A stretch of 64,000 bases of DNA from Betaproteobacteria bacterium. GTDB lineage: Bacteria; Pseudomonadota; Gammaproteobacteria; Burkholderiales; SG8-41. The DNA lies in contig CANKUB010000008.1 of the NCBI GenBank assembly GCA_947486575.1, positions 1,582 through 65,581 of the forward strand. Direction: 5' to 3'. Positions 26,720-36,728 of this stretch are shown here, piece after piece. Made by a program: the position numbers and the translations under genes. The notes under the pieces were generated by a model that saw nothing but the letters and a program-made list of their open reading frames with translations, did not search any database and was not told where the DNA came from. Each line of letters begins with the position of its first letter. Positions within the stretch are counted from its first letter, which is position 1.

Positions 26720-28390
26720 ATGAAACGAAAAATCGACCCCATCAAGTCCGAAGTGATCGCGCGCTTTCTGCTCGCAACCGCGGAAGAAATGGGCGCAACA
26801 CTGATGCGCACGGCGTTTTCGCCGAACATCAAAGAGCGCGCAGATTGTTCGACGGCGATCTTCGATGTGGCGGGGCAGGTGATAGCGCTCGCGCAGCGGG
26901 TGCCCATCCATCTGGGTTCGATGGTCGGCGCGGTGGATGAAATTCTGAAGCGTTTTCCCATGGATGAAATTCTGCCCGGCGATATGTTCGTCGCGAACGA
27001 TCCGTATAACGGCGGGGGCACGCATCTGCCTGACATCAATGTGATCGCGCCGGTGTTCAAGGATAAAAGAATTGTGGCGTTTGTTGCCAACATCGCGCAT
27101 CACGCCGACGTGGGCGGCATGGTGCCGGGTTCCGAAGCGGCAGTGTGCAAGTCCATTTACCAGGAAGGCATCCGTATTCCTCCGGTGCGTATCATGCGTG
27201 CGGGCAAGGTAAACCGCGATGTGTTCGACATCATTCTGCTGAATTCACGTACGCCGGATGAACGTGTCGGTGATCTCAACGCACAGTTTGCCGCAAACAC
27301 GGTGGGTGCTCGCAGTGTGCTGCAATTGTTTGACCGCTACGGGTTGAAAGAGACGCAGGAAGCCATTGCCGGTTATCTGGATTTTACCGAGAAGCGTTTT
27401 CGTGCAGCCATCAACAAGTTGCCGCGCGGACGCTATGTAGCGGAAGATTTTCTTGATGGCAATGCGGATGGCGAGACCTGTGCCATCAAGCTCGCACTGA
27501 CCATAGGTAAAGGCCGTATGGATTTTGATTTCACCGGCTCCGGCAAGCAACTGGAAAGCGCGCGCAATATTCCCTATCGAGCGTTGTTGGCCACGGTTTA
27601 CACAGTGGCCAAAGCCATGCTGGATCCGGAAGTGCCGGCCAATGCCGGTTATTACCGCACGCTGCATACCAAGGCGCCGCCGGGTTGCGTGGTGGGCCCG
27701 GTACCGCCGGCGGCGATCGGCTGCCGTTCGATTTCGGCCAGCGTATTGGGTGACGTGATTGCCAACGCTTTATCGCAGGCGATGCCGAACAAAGCGCTGG
27801 CTGGTAGCGGGCCGCATCACTTGTTTGTGTTGTCAGGCACAGACCCGCGCACCGGCGTCTATTTTGTCGATTACGAAACGGTGGCAGGCGGCATGGGTGC
27901 GCGCGCCAACCGTGATGGGGTTGATGGCGTGCGGGTGCACGCTTCGGGTTCGTCGAATCTACCCAGCGAGGCGCTGGAACATGCGTATCCGTTCCGCGTG
28001 GAGCGCTACGCGCTATGGGATGAATCGTCGGGGCCGGGGCAATATCGCGGCGGCGCAGGGGTGATTCGCGATTACCGCGTGTTGGCCGATGATATTGTGG
28101 TGAGCCTTTCTTCCGAGCGGCAGCATGTGCCGTCACCGGGCATGGCGGGCGGTGGCTCCGGCGCTTGCGGCGCCTTTGTGATGAATCCCGATACACCACA
28201 GGAAAAAGTTTTGCCTTCAGCGGCAGCCGATATTCCATTGCCGCGCGGCAGCGTGCTGCGAATCTGCACGCCCGCTGGCGCGGGCTATGGCGACGCGCGG
28301 AAGCGCACGATTACCGCCGTTGAAAAAGACGTTGTCGAGGGGCGCATTTCGCCTGATTATTCATCCAGAACTTACCTTGAAGGGGCCTGA
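26720..28390 (+). CDS. hydantoinase B/oxoprolinase family protein
   Basis: ...DPIKSEVIARFLLATAEEMG...SPNIKERADCSTAIFD...NDPYNGGGTHLPDI... are HyuB motifs. Confidence 0.9.
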   Translation: MKRKIDPIKSEVIARFLLATAEEMGATLMRTAFSPNIKERADCSTAIFDVAGQVIALAQRVPIHLGSMVGAVDEILKRFPMDEILPGDMFVANDPYNGGGTHLPDINVIAPVFKDKRIVAFVANIAHHADVGGMVPGSEAAVCKSIYQEGIRIPPVRIMRAGKVNRDVFDIILLNSRTPDERVGDLNAQFAANTVGARSVLQLFDRYGLKETQEAIAGYLDFTEKRFRAAINKLPRGRYVAEDFLDGNADGETCAIKLALTIGKGRMDFDFTGSGKQLESARNIPYRALLATVYTVAKAMLDPEVPANAGYYRTLHTKAPPGCVVGPVPPAAIGCRSISASVLGDVIANALSQAMPNKALAGSGPHHLFVLSGTDPRTGVYFVDYETVAGGMGARANRDGVDGVRVHASGSSNLPSEALEHAYPFRVERYALWDESSGPGQYRGGAGVIRDYRVLADDIVVSLSSERQHVPSPGMAGGGSGACGAFVMNPDTPQEKVLPSAAADIPLPRGSVLRICTPAGAGYGDARKRTITAVEKDVVEGRISPDYSSRTYLEGA

Positions 28391-28391
28391 C

Positions 28392-29597
28392 ATGAACAAG
28401 CCTGTCACTGAGTTTGATGTGTTTGCCGCGTTTCGCGACGGCTTTCCCGCGCTGAAAAAATGGACTTACATGGATGTTGCCGCGCGCGGGGTTTTGTCGA
28501 ATGAAACGCGTGCCGCGCTCGATGCGCATCTTGATGACCGCATGATGAATGGCGGGGACAAAGACCGCTTTTTTGCGCTGATTGAACAGGCACGCAGTCG
28601 CTTTGCGCAATTGATCAATGCCGAGCCAGACGAGGTGACGTACGCCAAGAATATATCGGAAGGGCTCAACATGGTGGCGACCGGCATTCAGTGGAAGTCC
28701 GGCGACAATGTCGTGTTATGCCCAGAGTTGGAACATCCCAACAATGTCTATGTGTGGCTGAATCTGCAGCGCCTGGGTGTGGAGGTGCGCATGGTCAAAC
28801 CGCGCGACAATCACATTCCGGTCGACGAAATGATCGCGCGCATGGATGCACGCACGCGCTGTGCCACGGTTTCCACCGTTACCTTTGCGCCCGGCTTTCG
28901 CACAGATGTTGATACGCTGGGCAAGGTGTGCCGGGAGCGCGGTGTATTGCTTTTGGTGGACGCCGCGCAGTCCGCCGGCAAACTGCACACCGATGTAAAG
29001 CACTCGAACATCGACGCGCTGGTGGTGTCCACGCAAAAGGGTTTGCTCGGACTCTATGGCATGGGGTTTCTCTATGTGCGGCGCGCGTGGGCTGAGCAGA
29101 TGCAGCCGGCGTATCTGGCGCGATTTGGCGTGGATTTAGGCGATGCACACGAAGCAGCGCTGGGCGATTTGTCGTTCAAGCTGGCAGCTGGCGCGCGCCG
29201 CTTTGATTTGGGCAACTACAATTTTGCCGCGACGGCGGCGGTCGATGCGTCGATGAAGCAACTGCTGGATTTAGGCACCGGAGGCACTAATGGCATCGAG
29301 CAATATGTGACAAGGCTTGTGCATGCGTTGGCGCAGGGTTATCTCGACATGGGCGTGCCAGTGGCAGGCGGCAAGCCGGGGCCGCACCTTGCGGGCATCG
29401 TCACCATCGGCAACATGACCGCCAACCACTATGGCAGTGACGATGTGCGATTTAACGGGCTTTACAAACACTTGGGTGACAATCAGGTGAAGCTTTCGAT
29501 ACGCCGTGGCCTGCTGCGGTTTTCGCTGCATGCGTACAACAACATGGATGACGTGAATCATGTGTTGGCGTTGAGCCGGGCATTCCTGAAAAAATAA
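28392..29597 (+). CDS. class V aminotransferase / cysteine desulfurase-like PLP enzyme
   Basis: ...YMDVAARGVLS...VDAAQSAGKLHTDVKHSNIDALVVSTQKGL... (PLP Lys in STQKG). The ATG at 28392 lies 1 nt after the hyuB stop. Confidence 0.85.
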   Translation: MNKPVTEFDVFAAFRDGFPALKKWTYMDVAARGVLSNETRAALDAHLDDRMMNGGDKDRFFALIEQARSRFAQLINAEPDEVTYAKNISEGLNMVATGIQWKSGDNVVLCPELEHPNNVYVWLNLQRLGVEVRMVKPRDNHIPVDEMIARMDARTRCATVSTVTFAPGFRTDVDTLGKVCRERGVLLLVDAAQSAGKLHTDVKHSNIDALVVSTQKGLLGLYGMGFLYVRRAWAEQMQPAYLARFGVDLGDAHEAALGDLSFKLAAGARRFDLGNYNFAATAAVDASMKQLLDLGTGGTNGIEQYVTRLVHALAQGYLDMGVPVAGGKPGPHLAGIVTIGNMTANHYGSDDVRFNGLYKHLGDNQVKLSIRRGLLRFSLHAYNNMDDVNHVLALSRAFLKK

Positions 29598-29598
29598 T

Positions 29599-29619
29599 GT
29601 AAGTATTTGTTTTTATTAT
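29599..29619 (-). repeat. AT-rich boundary motif, copy 10
   Basis: Reverse complement ATAATAAAAACAAATACTTAC. It fills the 20 nt gap between the aminotransferase stop and the ThrC-like ATG. Confidence 0.8.
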
Positions 29620-30760
29620 GAAATATGTAGACCCCGTTAGTGGCGTTACATACGCCGCAGATAGCGCTCGCTGGTGCTCGGACACTGGCGGCTACCTCAA
29701 TCTAACGCCGGGTGCCGGATTAAAGCGCGGCGACATTAATACCGCTCGCCATTCTGTCTGGCGCTACGCCAAAGCGATCGGGGTGGATGAAAAACATGCA
29801 GTAACCATGGGCGAAGGCTGGACGCCATTAACGTGCGGTGAATGGCATGGCACGCCTTTGATGTTCAAGCTCGAATTCATGATGCCGACGGGTTCGTTCA
29901 AGGATCGCGGCATGACGGTGATGGTGAGCTACCTGAAAAGTTGTGGTCTCGATCACGTGCTGGAAGACTCGTCGGGCAACGCGGGCGCATCTTTGTCAGC
30001 GTATGCAGCCGCTGCGGGCATGCGTTGCCGTATCCTTGTGCCGGAAACGGCGTCATACCCCAAAATTGCGCAGATCGCAGCCTGCGGCGCAGACGTGGTG
30101 ACCATACGCGGCACGCGGCAGGATGTGGCGGATACCGCCATGCGCATGAGCAAGGAAATTTTTTATGCCAGCCACAACTGGCAGCCGTTTTTTGCCGAGG
30201 GCACCAAAACGGTGGCGTATGAATTATGGGAGCAGTTGGGCTTCAAGGCGCCGGACAATGTGATTGTGCCGCTGGGTTACGGCAGCAATGTCGCGGGTTG
30301 CGCCATCGGGTTCGGCGAATTGCTGCGCAATGGTGAAATAACAAAAATGCCGCGTATTTTTGGCGTGCAGGCAGCTAATTGCGCGCCGTATTACAACGCG
30401 TTCAAGGCGGGCGTGGATCACCTGGTGCCGACCACGGTTACGTCGACGATCGCAGAAGGCATCGCGTCGTCTAAGCCGACACGCGTGGTGGAAGCGTTGC
30501 GCGCGGTGCGCGATTCCGGCGGCAGTATCGTTGCTGTTACCGAGGAAGAAATCGTGACGGCGCTGGGTACGCTCGCGCGCAAAGGGCTTTATGTTGAACC
30601 GACTTCGGCTGCGGCGGGTGCGGGGCTGACGCAATTGCTGGCCAGCGGTGTGATCAGGCCCGGAGAATCCACAGTGCTGGTGCTGACGGGGACGGGATTA
30701 AAGGCGTCGGAGCGGATTGGGGAGTTATTGGGATTGAAAGCGCGCGATTTGAAGGGGTAG
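29618..30760 (+). CDS. threonine synthase-like PLP-dependent enzyme (beta-family fold)
   Basis: ...MPTGSFKDRGMTV...EDSSGNAGASLSAYAAAAG...TGTGLK... are tryptophan-synthase-beta-family motifs of the short ThrC type. Confidence 0.8.
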   Translation: MKYVDPVSGVTYAADSARWCSDTGGYLNLTPGAGLKRGDINTARHSVWRYAKAIGVDEKHAVTMGEGWTPLTCGEWHGTPLMFKLEFMMPTGSFKDRGMTVMVSYLKSCGLDHVLEDSSGNAGASLSAYAAAAGMRCRILVPETASYPKIAQIAACGADVVTIRGTRQDVADTAMRMSKEIFYASHNWQPFFAEGTKTVAYELWEQLGFKAPDNVIVPLGYGSNVAGCAIGFGELLRNGEITKMPRIFGVQAANCAPYYNAFKAGVDHLVPTTVTSTIAEGIASSKPTRVVEALRAVRDSGGSIVAVTEEEIVTALGTLARKGLYVEPTSAAAGAGLTQLLASGVIRPGESTVLVLTGTGLKASERIGELLGLKARDLKG

Positions 30761-30909
30761 TTGTTCTTTCGCTGCGGGCGACGACGATTATTTTCCAGTG
30801 AGATTTCTGAGTTCTGACAAGCCGCACTGTGTGATATGGCGCGCTTACTTGACAGTGCCAAGGCCCCCACATAGATTCACAGTTTTAATCTCTTTCTGAA
30901 GGCTACCCC

Positions 30910-32067
30910 ATGAAAATTACTGCGGTTAAAAGCTATACCGTTCATCCCGGCTGGCGCAAAAACCTGATTTTTGTAAAGGTCGAAACTGATGCGGGTATTC
31001 ACGGTTGGGGTGAGGCCTATTCGCAATATGACCGCGATACGGCGGTGACGGCGCAACTGCAGGCGCTGGGGCCGTACATGGTGGGGCGCAGCCCGTTTGA
31101 CATTAAACACTTTACGCAATTCGCGTTTGATGATTACGCGGCGCGGCGCGGCTCGGTGGAATTGTTCTGCGCCATCAGCGGTATAGAACAGGCGATGTGG
31201 GATATTGTTGGCAAAGCGTGCAAGCAGCCGGTGTACAACCTGCTCGGCGGCAAGGTGCGCGAGAAAATTCGCGTGTATGCCAATGGCTGGAGCTACGGCA
31301 TGAAAGAGCCGGATGACTATGCGCGCGCCGCAGAAAAAGTGGTGAAGATGGGTTTTACCGCGATGAAATTTGATCCACTGCCGTCGCCGTGGCGCACCTA
31401 TATTCCCAAAGAGCACGAGCGTCGCGCGGTGCGGGTGGTGAAGGCCGTGCGCGATGCGGTCGGGCCGGATGTGGATATATTGATTGAGCAGCATCGGCGA
31501 CTGGCGCCGATGCACGCCATTCGTCTGGATAAACAACTCGCCGAGTTTGATCTTTACTGGATGGAAGAATCCTGCCAGGCGGAATTCCCGGATGAACTCG
31601 CGCATATTCGCCGCGAAATTGGTGTGCCGATGGTGATCGGCGAGGCCACGTACACCAAGACCGGTTTCAGGCCGTTGCTCGAAAAACGCTCGGCGGATAT
31701 TTTGAATGCGGACGTGGCGTGCTGTGGCGGCATCCTGGAGTTGAAAGAAATCGCTGCGATGGCGGAGTCTTTTCTGGTGGCGATGTCACCGCACAATTAC
31801 AACTCAACCCTGGTGGCATTGGCGTCTACGGTGCATGCGTCGGCGACCATGCCGAATTTCATCATCACCGAATACTTTTTGCCGTTTGTCGATTTTGTCG
31901 ACAAGATTTCGCCGAATCAATTGAAGCCGAAAAATGGCTATATCGATTTGCCGACAGCGCCGGGGTTGGGGGTGGATGTTGATGAAGAGGCGCTGAAACA
32001 GCATCCGGGCAAAGTGTATCCGGCGCGCAACCTGCGTTATCCGAAAGACGAGCCAGGCGGCATTTGA
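30910..32067 (+). CDS. mandelate racemase/muconate lactonizing enzyme family protein (acid-sugar dehydratase-like)
   Basis: MKITAVKSYTVHPGWRKNLIFVKVETDAGIHGWGEA...KFDP...IEQH...EE... is the enolase-superfamily layout. Confidence 0.9.
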   Translation: MKITAVKSYTVHPGWRKNLIFVKVETDAGIHGWGEAYSQYDRDTAVTAQLQALGPYMVGRSPFDIKHFTQFAFDDYAARRGSVELFCAISGIEQAMWDIVGKACKQPVYNLLGGKVREKIRVYANGWSYGMKEPDDYARAAEKVVKMGFTAMKFDPLPSPWRTYIPKEHERRAVRVVKAVRDAVGPDVDILIEQHRRLAPMHAIRLDKQLAEFDLYWMEESCQAEFPDELAHIRREIGVPMVIGEATYTKTGFRPLLEKRSADILNADVACCGGILELKEIAAMAESFLVAMSPHNYNSTLVALASTVHASATMPNFIITEYFLPFVDFVDKISPNQLKPKNGYIDLPTAPGLGVDVDEEALKQHPGKVYPARNLRYPKDEPGGI

Positions 32068-32555
32068 TGGCGCATGTTATCGACGAACGGCTTGCAAATC
32101 TGGGCGTGATACTGCCGGCTGCACCAGCACCCGCCGCAAATTATTTGCCGTACATCCTCTCGGGCAATCAGCTGCTGATTGCCGGGCAGGCGGCAGTGGT
32201 GGATGGCAAGCACCTGTTTGTCGGGCGGCTGGGTGCGGAAGTGTCCGTGGCTGATGGCAGACAAGCCGCGCAACGAGCGGCGATCAATGTGCTCGCGCAG
32301 GTGAAGGCGGCGTGTTTTGGCGACTGGAATAAATTGACGCGCTGTCTGCGGATTTGCGGGTATCTCAATGCAACGCCCGCGTTTGCGGAGCATCCGCAGG
32401 TGCTCGATGGCGCTTCGGATTTTTTGGTGGCGGCGTTGGGTGATGCCGGTAAGCACGTGCGCACCGTGTTGGGCGCGTCATCGTTGCGCAGCAGTACAGC
32501 GGTGGTAATCGATGCCGTATTCGAAGTGAGGATAGACGTAAGTAATTGTTTTTAA
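32067..32555 (+). CDS. RidA/YjgF-family protein
   Basis: ...LPAAPAPAANYLPYILSGNQLLIAGQ...GRLG...RTVLGASSL... The ATG at 32067 shares its A with the preceding TGA (TGATG). Confidence 0.8.
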   Translation: MAHVIDERLANLGVILPAAPAPAANYLPYILSGNQLLIAGQAAVVDGKHLFVGRLGAEVSVADGRQAAQRAAINVLAQVKAACFGDWNKLTRCLRICGYLNATPAFAEHPQVLDGASDFLVAALGDAGKHVRTVLGASSLRSSTAVVIDAVFEVRIDVSNCF

Positions 32556-32559
32556 ATAG
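32538..32559 (-). repeat. AT-rich boundary motif, copy 11 (supplies C-terminal codons and stop)
   Basis: Reverse complement CTATTTAAAAACAATTACTTAC. On the + strand it encodes ...VSNCF-TAA, the tail of the RidA gene. Confidence 0.8.
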
Positions 32560-32564
32560 TTTTT

Positions 32565-33569
32565 ATGAATCCCAGGAAATCTGGCAAAGCCTTTCAAAAA
32601 ATTGCGGGCGTCTTCATTGTTGTAATACTGATGCCGCTGTACGGCCACGCGCAAACCTGGAAGCCGGATAAGCCCGTAGATATCATCATCGGCACATCGC
32701 CCGGTGGCCCGCAGGACCGTCAGGGGCGGCTAATTCAGCGCATCTTGCAAGAGCGCAAACTGATGGATCAAGCGTCGTCGGTGTCAAACCGGCCCGGCGG
32801 CGGCGGTGCCGTCGGCCTGGCTTTCATGGCCCAGCACAAGGGCGACGCGCATTACCTGCAGGTGGTGGCGCAGCCGCTACTCGGCAACCATGTCGCGGGG
32901 CGCAGCAGGCTGCACTACAGCGATTTTTCGCCACTGGCGATTATTGCTGTCGAATATGTGACGCTGGCGGTGCGTGTCGATTCGCCGATCAAGGACGCAC
33001 GTGAGTTTTTGGACAACCTGCGCAAAAATCCGGCGGCGTACTCAGTGGCGATCGGCACCGTCATCGGCAATGCCACGCATTCTTCATACGCGCACGCGAT
33101 GAAAGCCGCGGGTGTCGACGTGAAACGGTTGCGTTCGGTCGCTTTCAGTTCCGGCGCAGAGAGTCTGACGGCCGCCATGGGTGGCCACATCGACGCCGTT
33201 GCAGGATCGGTGTCCACTGTGCTGGCCCAGTTGCGCGCGGGCAAGTTGCGTGTGCTGGCCATCGGTGCGCCACAACGCTGGGAAGGCGAACTTGCCACGG
33301 TGCCAACCTGGCGGGAGTTGGGTGTCGATAGTGCGCAGGATTTATGGCGAGGTCTGGCGGGCCCACCGGGTTTGACGGTGGCACAGACGGCCTATTGGGA
33401 TGCGGTGCTGCCGCGCGTTATCAAGGATACGGAGTGGATCAAGGATATTGAACGCAATCTGATGGTCAATGCCTACAAAAACAGCGCTGACACCTTAAAA
33501 CACTGGCGTACGGAGTACGCTGAGGTGAAGGCGCTGTATACGGAAATGGGACTGGTGAAAGTAAAGTGA
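32565..33569 (+). CDS. Bug/TctC-family substrate-binding protein
   Basis: Signal peptide, then KPDKPVDIIIGTSPGGPQDRQGRLIQRIL...GGGGAVG... Confidence 0.85.
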   Translation: MNPRKSGKAFQKIAGVFIVVILMPLYGHAQTWKPDKPVDIIIGTSPGGPQDRQGRLIQRILQERKLMDQASSVSNRPGGGGAVGLAFMAQHKGDAHYLQVVAQPLLGNHVAGRSRLHYSDFSPLAIIAVEYVTLAVRVDSPIKDAREFLDNLRKNPAAYSVAIGTVIGNATHSSYAHAMKAAGVDVKRLRSVAFSSGAESLTAAMGGHIDAVAGSVSTVLAQLRAGKLRVLAIGAPQRWEGELATVPTWRELGVDSAQDLWRGLAGPPGLTVAQTAYWDAVLPRVIKDTEWIKDIERNLMVNAYKNSADTLKHWRTEYAEVKALYTEMGLVKVK

Positions 33570-33640
33570 GAGCGAAGTAAGCGCGAAGTAACGCGGCGCT
33601 GGTTATCTGAGGCGCGACGTGCCTTTGCGACCTTACAGGT

Positions 33641-34681
33641 TTATACCTTGGCGATTTCCAATTCCATGCCGTTTATCACCAGCTTTGTGCCTAATTTTGC
33701 GCCGCGTTCGTTGAGTTCGGCCAGTTCTTTACCTTCGTTCGCCGGATCGCAAAAATAGGTTTCGTTCACGCTGTTATGGCGCACGAATTTTATCGCTACT
33801 TTTGCGACCGCTTTTTTGTCGATGGTGATACGCGCCATCATACCCAGCCAGTCACCATGCGCGACACCGCCATGACCGGTGTGGAATGAAAAGCTGCCCA
33901 GTCCGTAAAATATTGTTTTTCCTTGATAAATTTCCGTTGGCAGCGAGTAATGCGGGCCGTGACCCATGACGATATCGGCACCGCTGTCGATGGCAGCGTG
34001 GGCGATCATGGGCATGTAATCGAGCACGTCTTTGCGCAGCCCCCAGTGGCATGAGGCCACAAGAATATCCACTTGCTGACGGAGTGCCGCAACATCATCC
34101 TTGAAGAGTTGCAGATGTTTGGCATCAGGCCAGGTAAGGATTTCCGGCGGGATGCCGGGACGGTTCGCTGGCGGAATTTCCGGGCGTAATTTGTGCATCG
34201 GCAACTGATAAGCGGTGTGGCCTTTGATGGTCGCGACACCCGCTGCGTGTGCGGTCGCTTCGTGATTGGTCGGCCAGTAGACCGAGGTGCGTTGTAAAAA
34301 GCCGTAGCGCACGCCGTTCCGCTCGATAATGACAGGCGCGTACGCGGCAGCACGGTTAGCGCCCGCGCCGGTGTGCTTGATGCCGATTTCATCTAGCCGC
34401 GCGACAGAGGCATTGATCGCTGCCTCGCCGTAGTTGACGTTGTTGGCAATGCCCACCGCGTCGATTCCCGCGTATTTGAGCGATTCGCCCGCTGGGCCCG
34501 GCGCAGCCATGAATCCTTCGTTATCCCAAACCTGACCGCCGGGCGGCGCGTATAGGCAGCACTCCATATTGCTGAAGCGTATGTCGGCAGCCTTGAAGTC
34601 GTCTATGGTTTTGCGAAACGGCACAGTGGGGTCCGTGACGTTCATCAGGTTGATGTCACCGGTAAGTATGAGTTGGGTCAT
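33641..34681 (-). CDS. CapA-family protein (metallophosphatase fold, poly-gamma-glutamate synthesis-like)
   Basis: MTQLILTGDINLMNV...FSNMECCL...GHGPHYS... matches the PGA_cap/CapA pattern. Confidence 0.8.
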   Translation of the reverse strand: MTQLILTGDINLMNVTDPTVPFRKTIDDFKAADIRFSNMECCLYAPPGGQVWDNEGFMAAPGPAGESLKYAGIDAVGIANNVNYGEAAINASVARLDEIGIKHTGAGANRAAAYAPVIIERNGVRYGFLQRTSVYWPTNHEATAHAAGVATIKGHTAYQLPMHKLRPEIPPANRPGIPPEILTWPDAKHLQLFKDDVAALRQQVDILVASCHWGLRKDVLDYMPMIAHAAIDSGADIVMGHGPHYSLPTEIYQGKTIFYGLGSFSFHTGHGGVAHGDWLGMMARITIDKKAVAKVAIKFVRHNSVNETYFCDPANEGKELAELNERGAKLGTKLVINGMELEIAKV

Positions 34682-34847
34682 GCGGGTTCCTTCGAAGAAA
34701 TGAAACAGGGTTTTTGAGGATTTTAGTCATTAGTGCCCATCGGACACAACCTGCCGCTACAGAATACCTGCTGCGGCTGTCATAAACTCGACGGCAGCCA
34801 CGGAATACGGCAGACTTGTGCGATCTTCTTTGCAAGGTTGTATCGTC

Positions 34848-35084
34848 ATGGGCAAGGTTTTGCTATTGATCGCTGGCGTCCTAGTGGTGTACTGGATTGT
34901 GCGCGCCAATTTGCGCCGCCGTCGTGATCGCGAAATCGCATCTGAGCAGAATAAAACCATTGCGGATGACATGGTGCGATGCGCCGATTGCGGTGTGCAT
35001 TTGCCGCGCGGAGAAAGCCTGAACGTGCGTGGGCAGTTTTACTGCAACGCCGCGCACCAGCGCCATCATGATCCCGGTAGTTAG
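34848..35084 (+). CDS. PP0621-family small membrane/zinc-ribbon protein
   Basis: MGKVLLLIAGVLVVYWIVR...CADCGVHLPRGESL...GQFYCNAAH. One TM helix plus a Cys-rich C-terminus, immediately upstream of a PilS/PilR-like pair, as is typical for this family. Confidence 0.7.
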   Translation: MGKVLLLIAGVLVVYWIVRANLRRRRDREIASEQNKTIADDMVRCADCGVHLPRGESLNVRGQFYCNAAHQRHHDPGS

Positions 35085-35090
35085 CTGCCG

Positions 35091-36728
35091 ATGAATGCGC
35101 TTAATGTACAGGATTTTCGCGTCCACAGTGGCGGTGCGAATCCGTATCCCGATTCGTACTGGCGCTCGCTGCATTTATTCAATTTTTACCGGCTGCTGAT
35201 CGCGCTGGTATTGCTGAGCGGTGTGCTGCTTGGCGGGAATATATTGCAGTTGGGTTCCCACGACCGCACGCTGTTTATCCAGGTATCGGTGATTTACCTG
35301 CTGTTCGGTCTGGTTTGCGCGGCCGTCATCAGAACGCGCAGGCAATTCAATGCGCAAATCGCCATGCAGGTGCTGGTGGATATCGCCTTTGTGACGATCC
35401 TGATTTACGCCAGCCGCGGTGTGACCAGCGGGCTGGGGCTGCTGTTGCTGACGACGCTGGCCGGGGCCGGGTTGATCAGCCGGGGACGTCTGGCGTTGTT
35501 TTATGCAGCGCTTGCCAGCATCGCCGTGTTGCTCGAACAGGCGTATGAGATGTTGATTTATCAGGAAAGTGCGGTGCAATTCATTCAGGCCGGATTCCTG
35601 TGCATCGGCTATTTTGCCACTGCGATGGTGGCGCACACCCTGACGCGATTGACGCAGCAAAATGAAGAAATTGCCGCACAGCGGGATATCGACGTGGCGA
35701 ACCTTTCTGAAGTGAACCGTTTGGTGATTCAGGATATGCCTGACGGCGTGATCGTGGTGGATGGCGCAGGGTTGATACGGCAAATCAACACGCAGGCTGT
35801 AGCATTTCTCGGCACGAATGACGGGCGTTTGCGTGCTGGCGAAAATAGGCATTTGGCCGACTTTGCGCCGACGCTGGCCGCCCATCTCGCCAGGTGGCGC
35901 GCGCGCCATAGTGACGGGGTCAAGGAGGCCCCGGCCTATACCACGTCGATGGATGAACGCCACGGCTTGCGCTTTGTGCAGGTGGGCGTACGGCCCGAGG
36001 CGGGCACCGTGATTTTTCTGGAAGACTTGACGCGGGTGCGCGCACAGGCGCAGCAAATGAAACTGGCCGCCATTGGGCGCCTCACTTCAAATATTGCGCA
36101 TGAGGTGCGGAATCCGCTGGGTTCCATCAGCCATGCCGCACAATTGCTGCAGGAAGAGCCCGAAAGCTCGCCCAGCATGCGTCGCCTGCTGGGGATTATT
36201 CACGATAATACGCAACGCCTGAATCGCATGGTGAATGATGTGCTGGGCCTGAATCGCGGTCAGGCGGCGTTGCTGGAATCATTTGGCCTGGCGGAATTTG
36301 TGCGGCAGTTTGTGGCGGAAGTGGCCGAAACAGAACAGGCAGATCCGGCGATTTTTACTGTGCGCGCTGAGGATGGGTTGCTGGTATTGTTCGACCGTAC
36401 CCATTTGAATCAGGTGCTGTGGAATCTGTGCCGTAACGCGTTGCGGCATTGTCGCGGGCAGCCCGGCAGCGTGCAGATTATTGCGCATCGGGTGCGTGGC
36501 AGTCATACGTTAAAATTGGATATTATTGACGACGGCCTGGGCGTGCCGCCGCCGGTGCGCGGCGGGCTGTTCGAGCCCTTTGTGACGTCTGCGCCGGGCG
36601 GCAATGGCTTGGGTTTATATATTGCACGCGAGCTGTGTGCGGCAAACGGCGCTACGCTGGATTTTGTTGAAAGCTCCGTCGGCGCGCAGTTCACAATGAC
36701 CTGCAGGGCGGGCGAAGGAACACTATGA
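35091..36728 (+). CDS. PilS/NtrB-like sensor histidine kinase (polytopic N-terminus, PAS, HisKA, HATPase)
   Basis: About six N-terminal TM segments, H-box NIAHEVRNPLGSISH, N-box LWNLCRNALRH, G-boxes DDGLGV and GGNGLGLYIAREL. Confidence 0.9.
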   Translation: MNALNVQDFRVHSGGANPYPDSYWRSLHLFNFYRLLIALVLLSGVLLGGNILQLGSHDRTLFIQVSVIYLLFGLVCAAVIRTRRQFNAQIAMQVLVDIAFVTILIYASRGVTSGLGLLLLTTLAGAGLISRGRLALFYAALASIAVLLEQAYEMLIYQESAVQFIQAGFLCIGYFATAMVAHTLTRLTQQNEEIAAQRDIDVANLSEVNRLVIQDMPDGVIVVDGAGLIRQINTQAVAFLGTNDGRLRAGENRHLADFAPTLAAHLARWRARHSDGVKEAPAYTTSMDERHGLRFVQVGVRPEAGTVIFLEDLTRVRAQAQQMKLAAIGRLTSNIAHEVRNPLGSISHAAQLLQEEPESSPSMRRLLGIIHDNTQRLNRMVNDVLGLNRGQAALLESFGLAEFVRQFVAEVAETEQADPAIFTVRAEDGLLVLFDRTHLNQVLWNLCRNALRHCRGQPGSVQIIAHRVRGSHTLKLDIIDDGLGVPPPVRGGLFEPFVTSAPGGNGLGLYIARELCAANGATLDFVESSVGAQFTMTCRAGEGTL

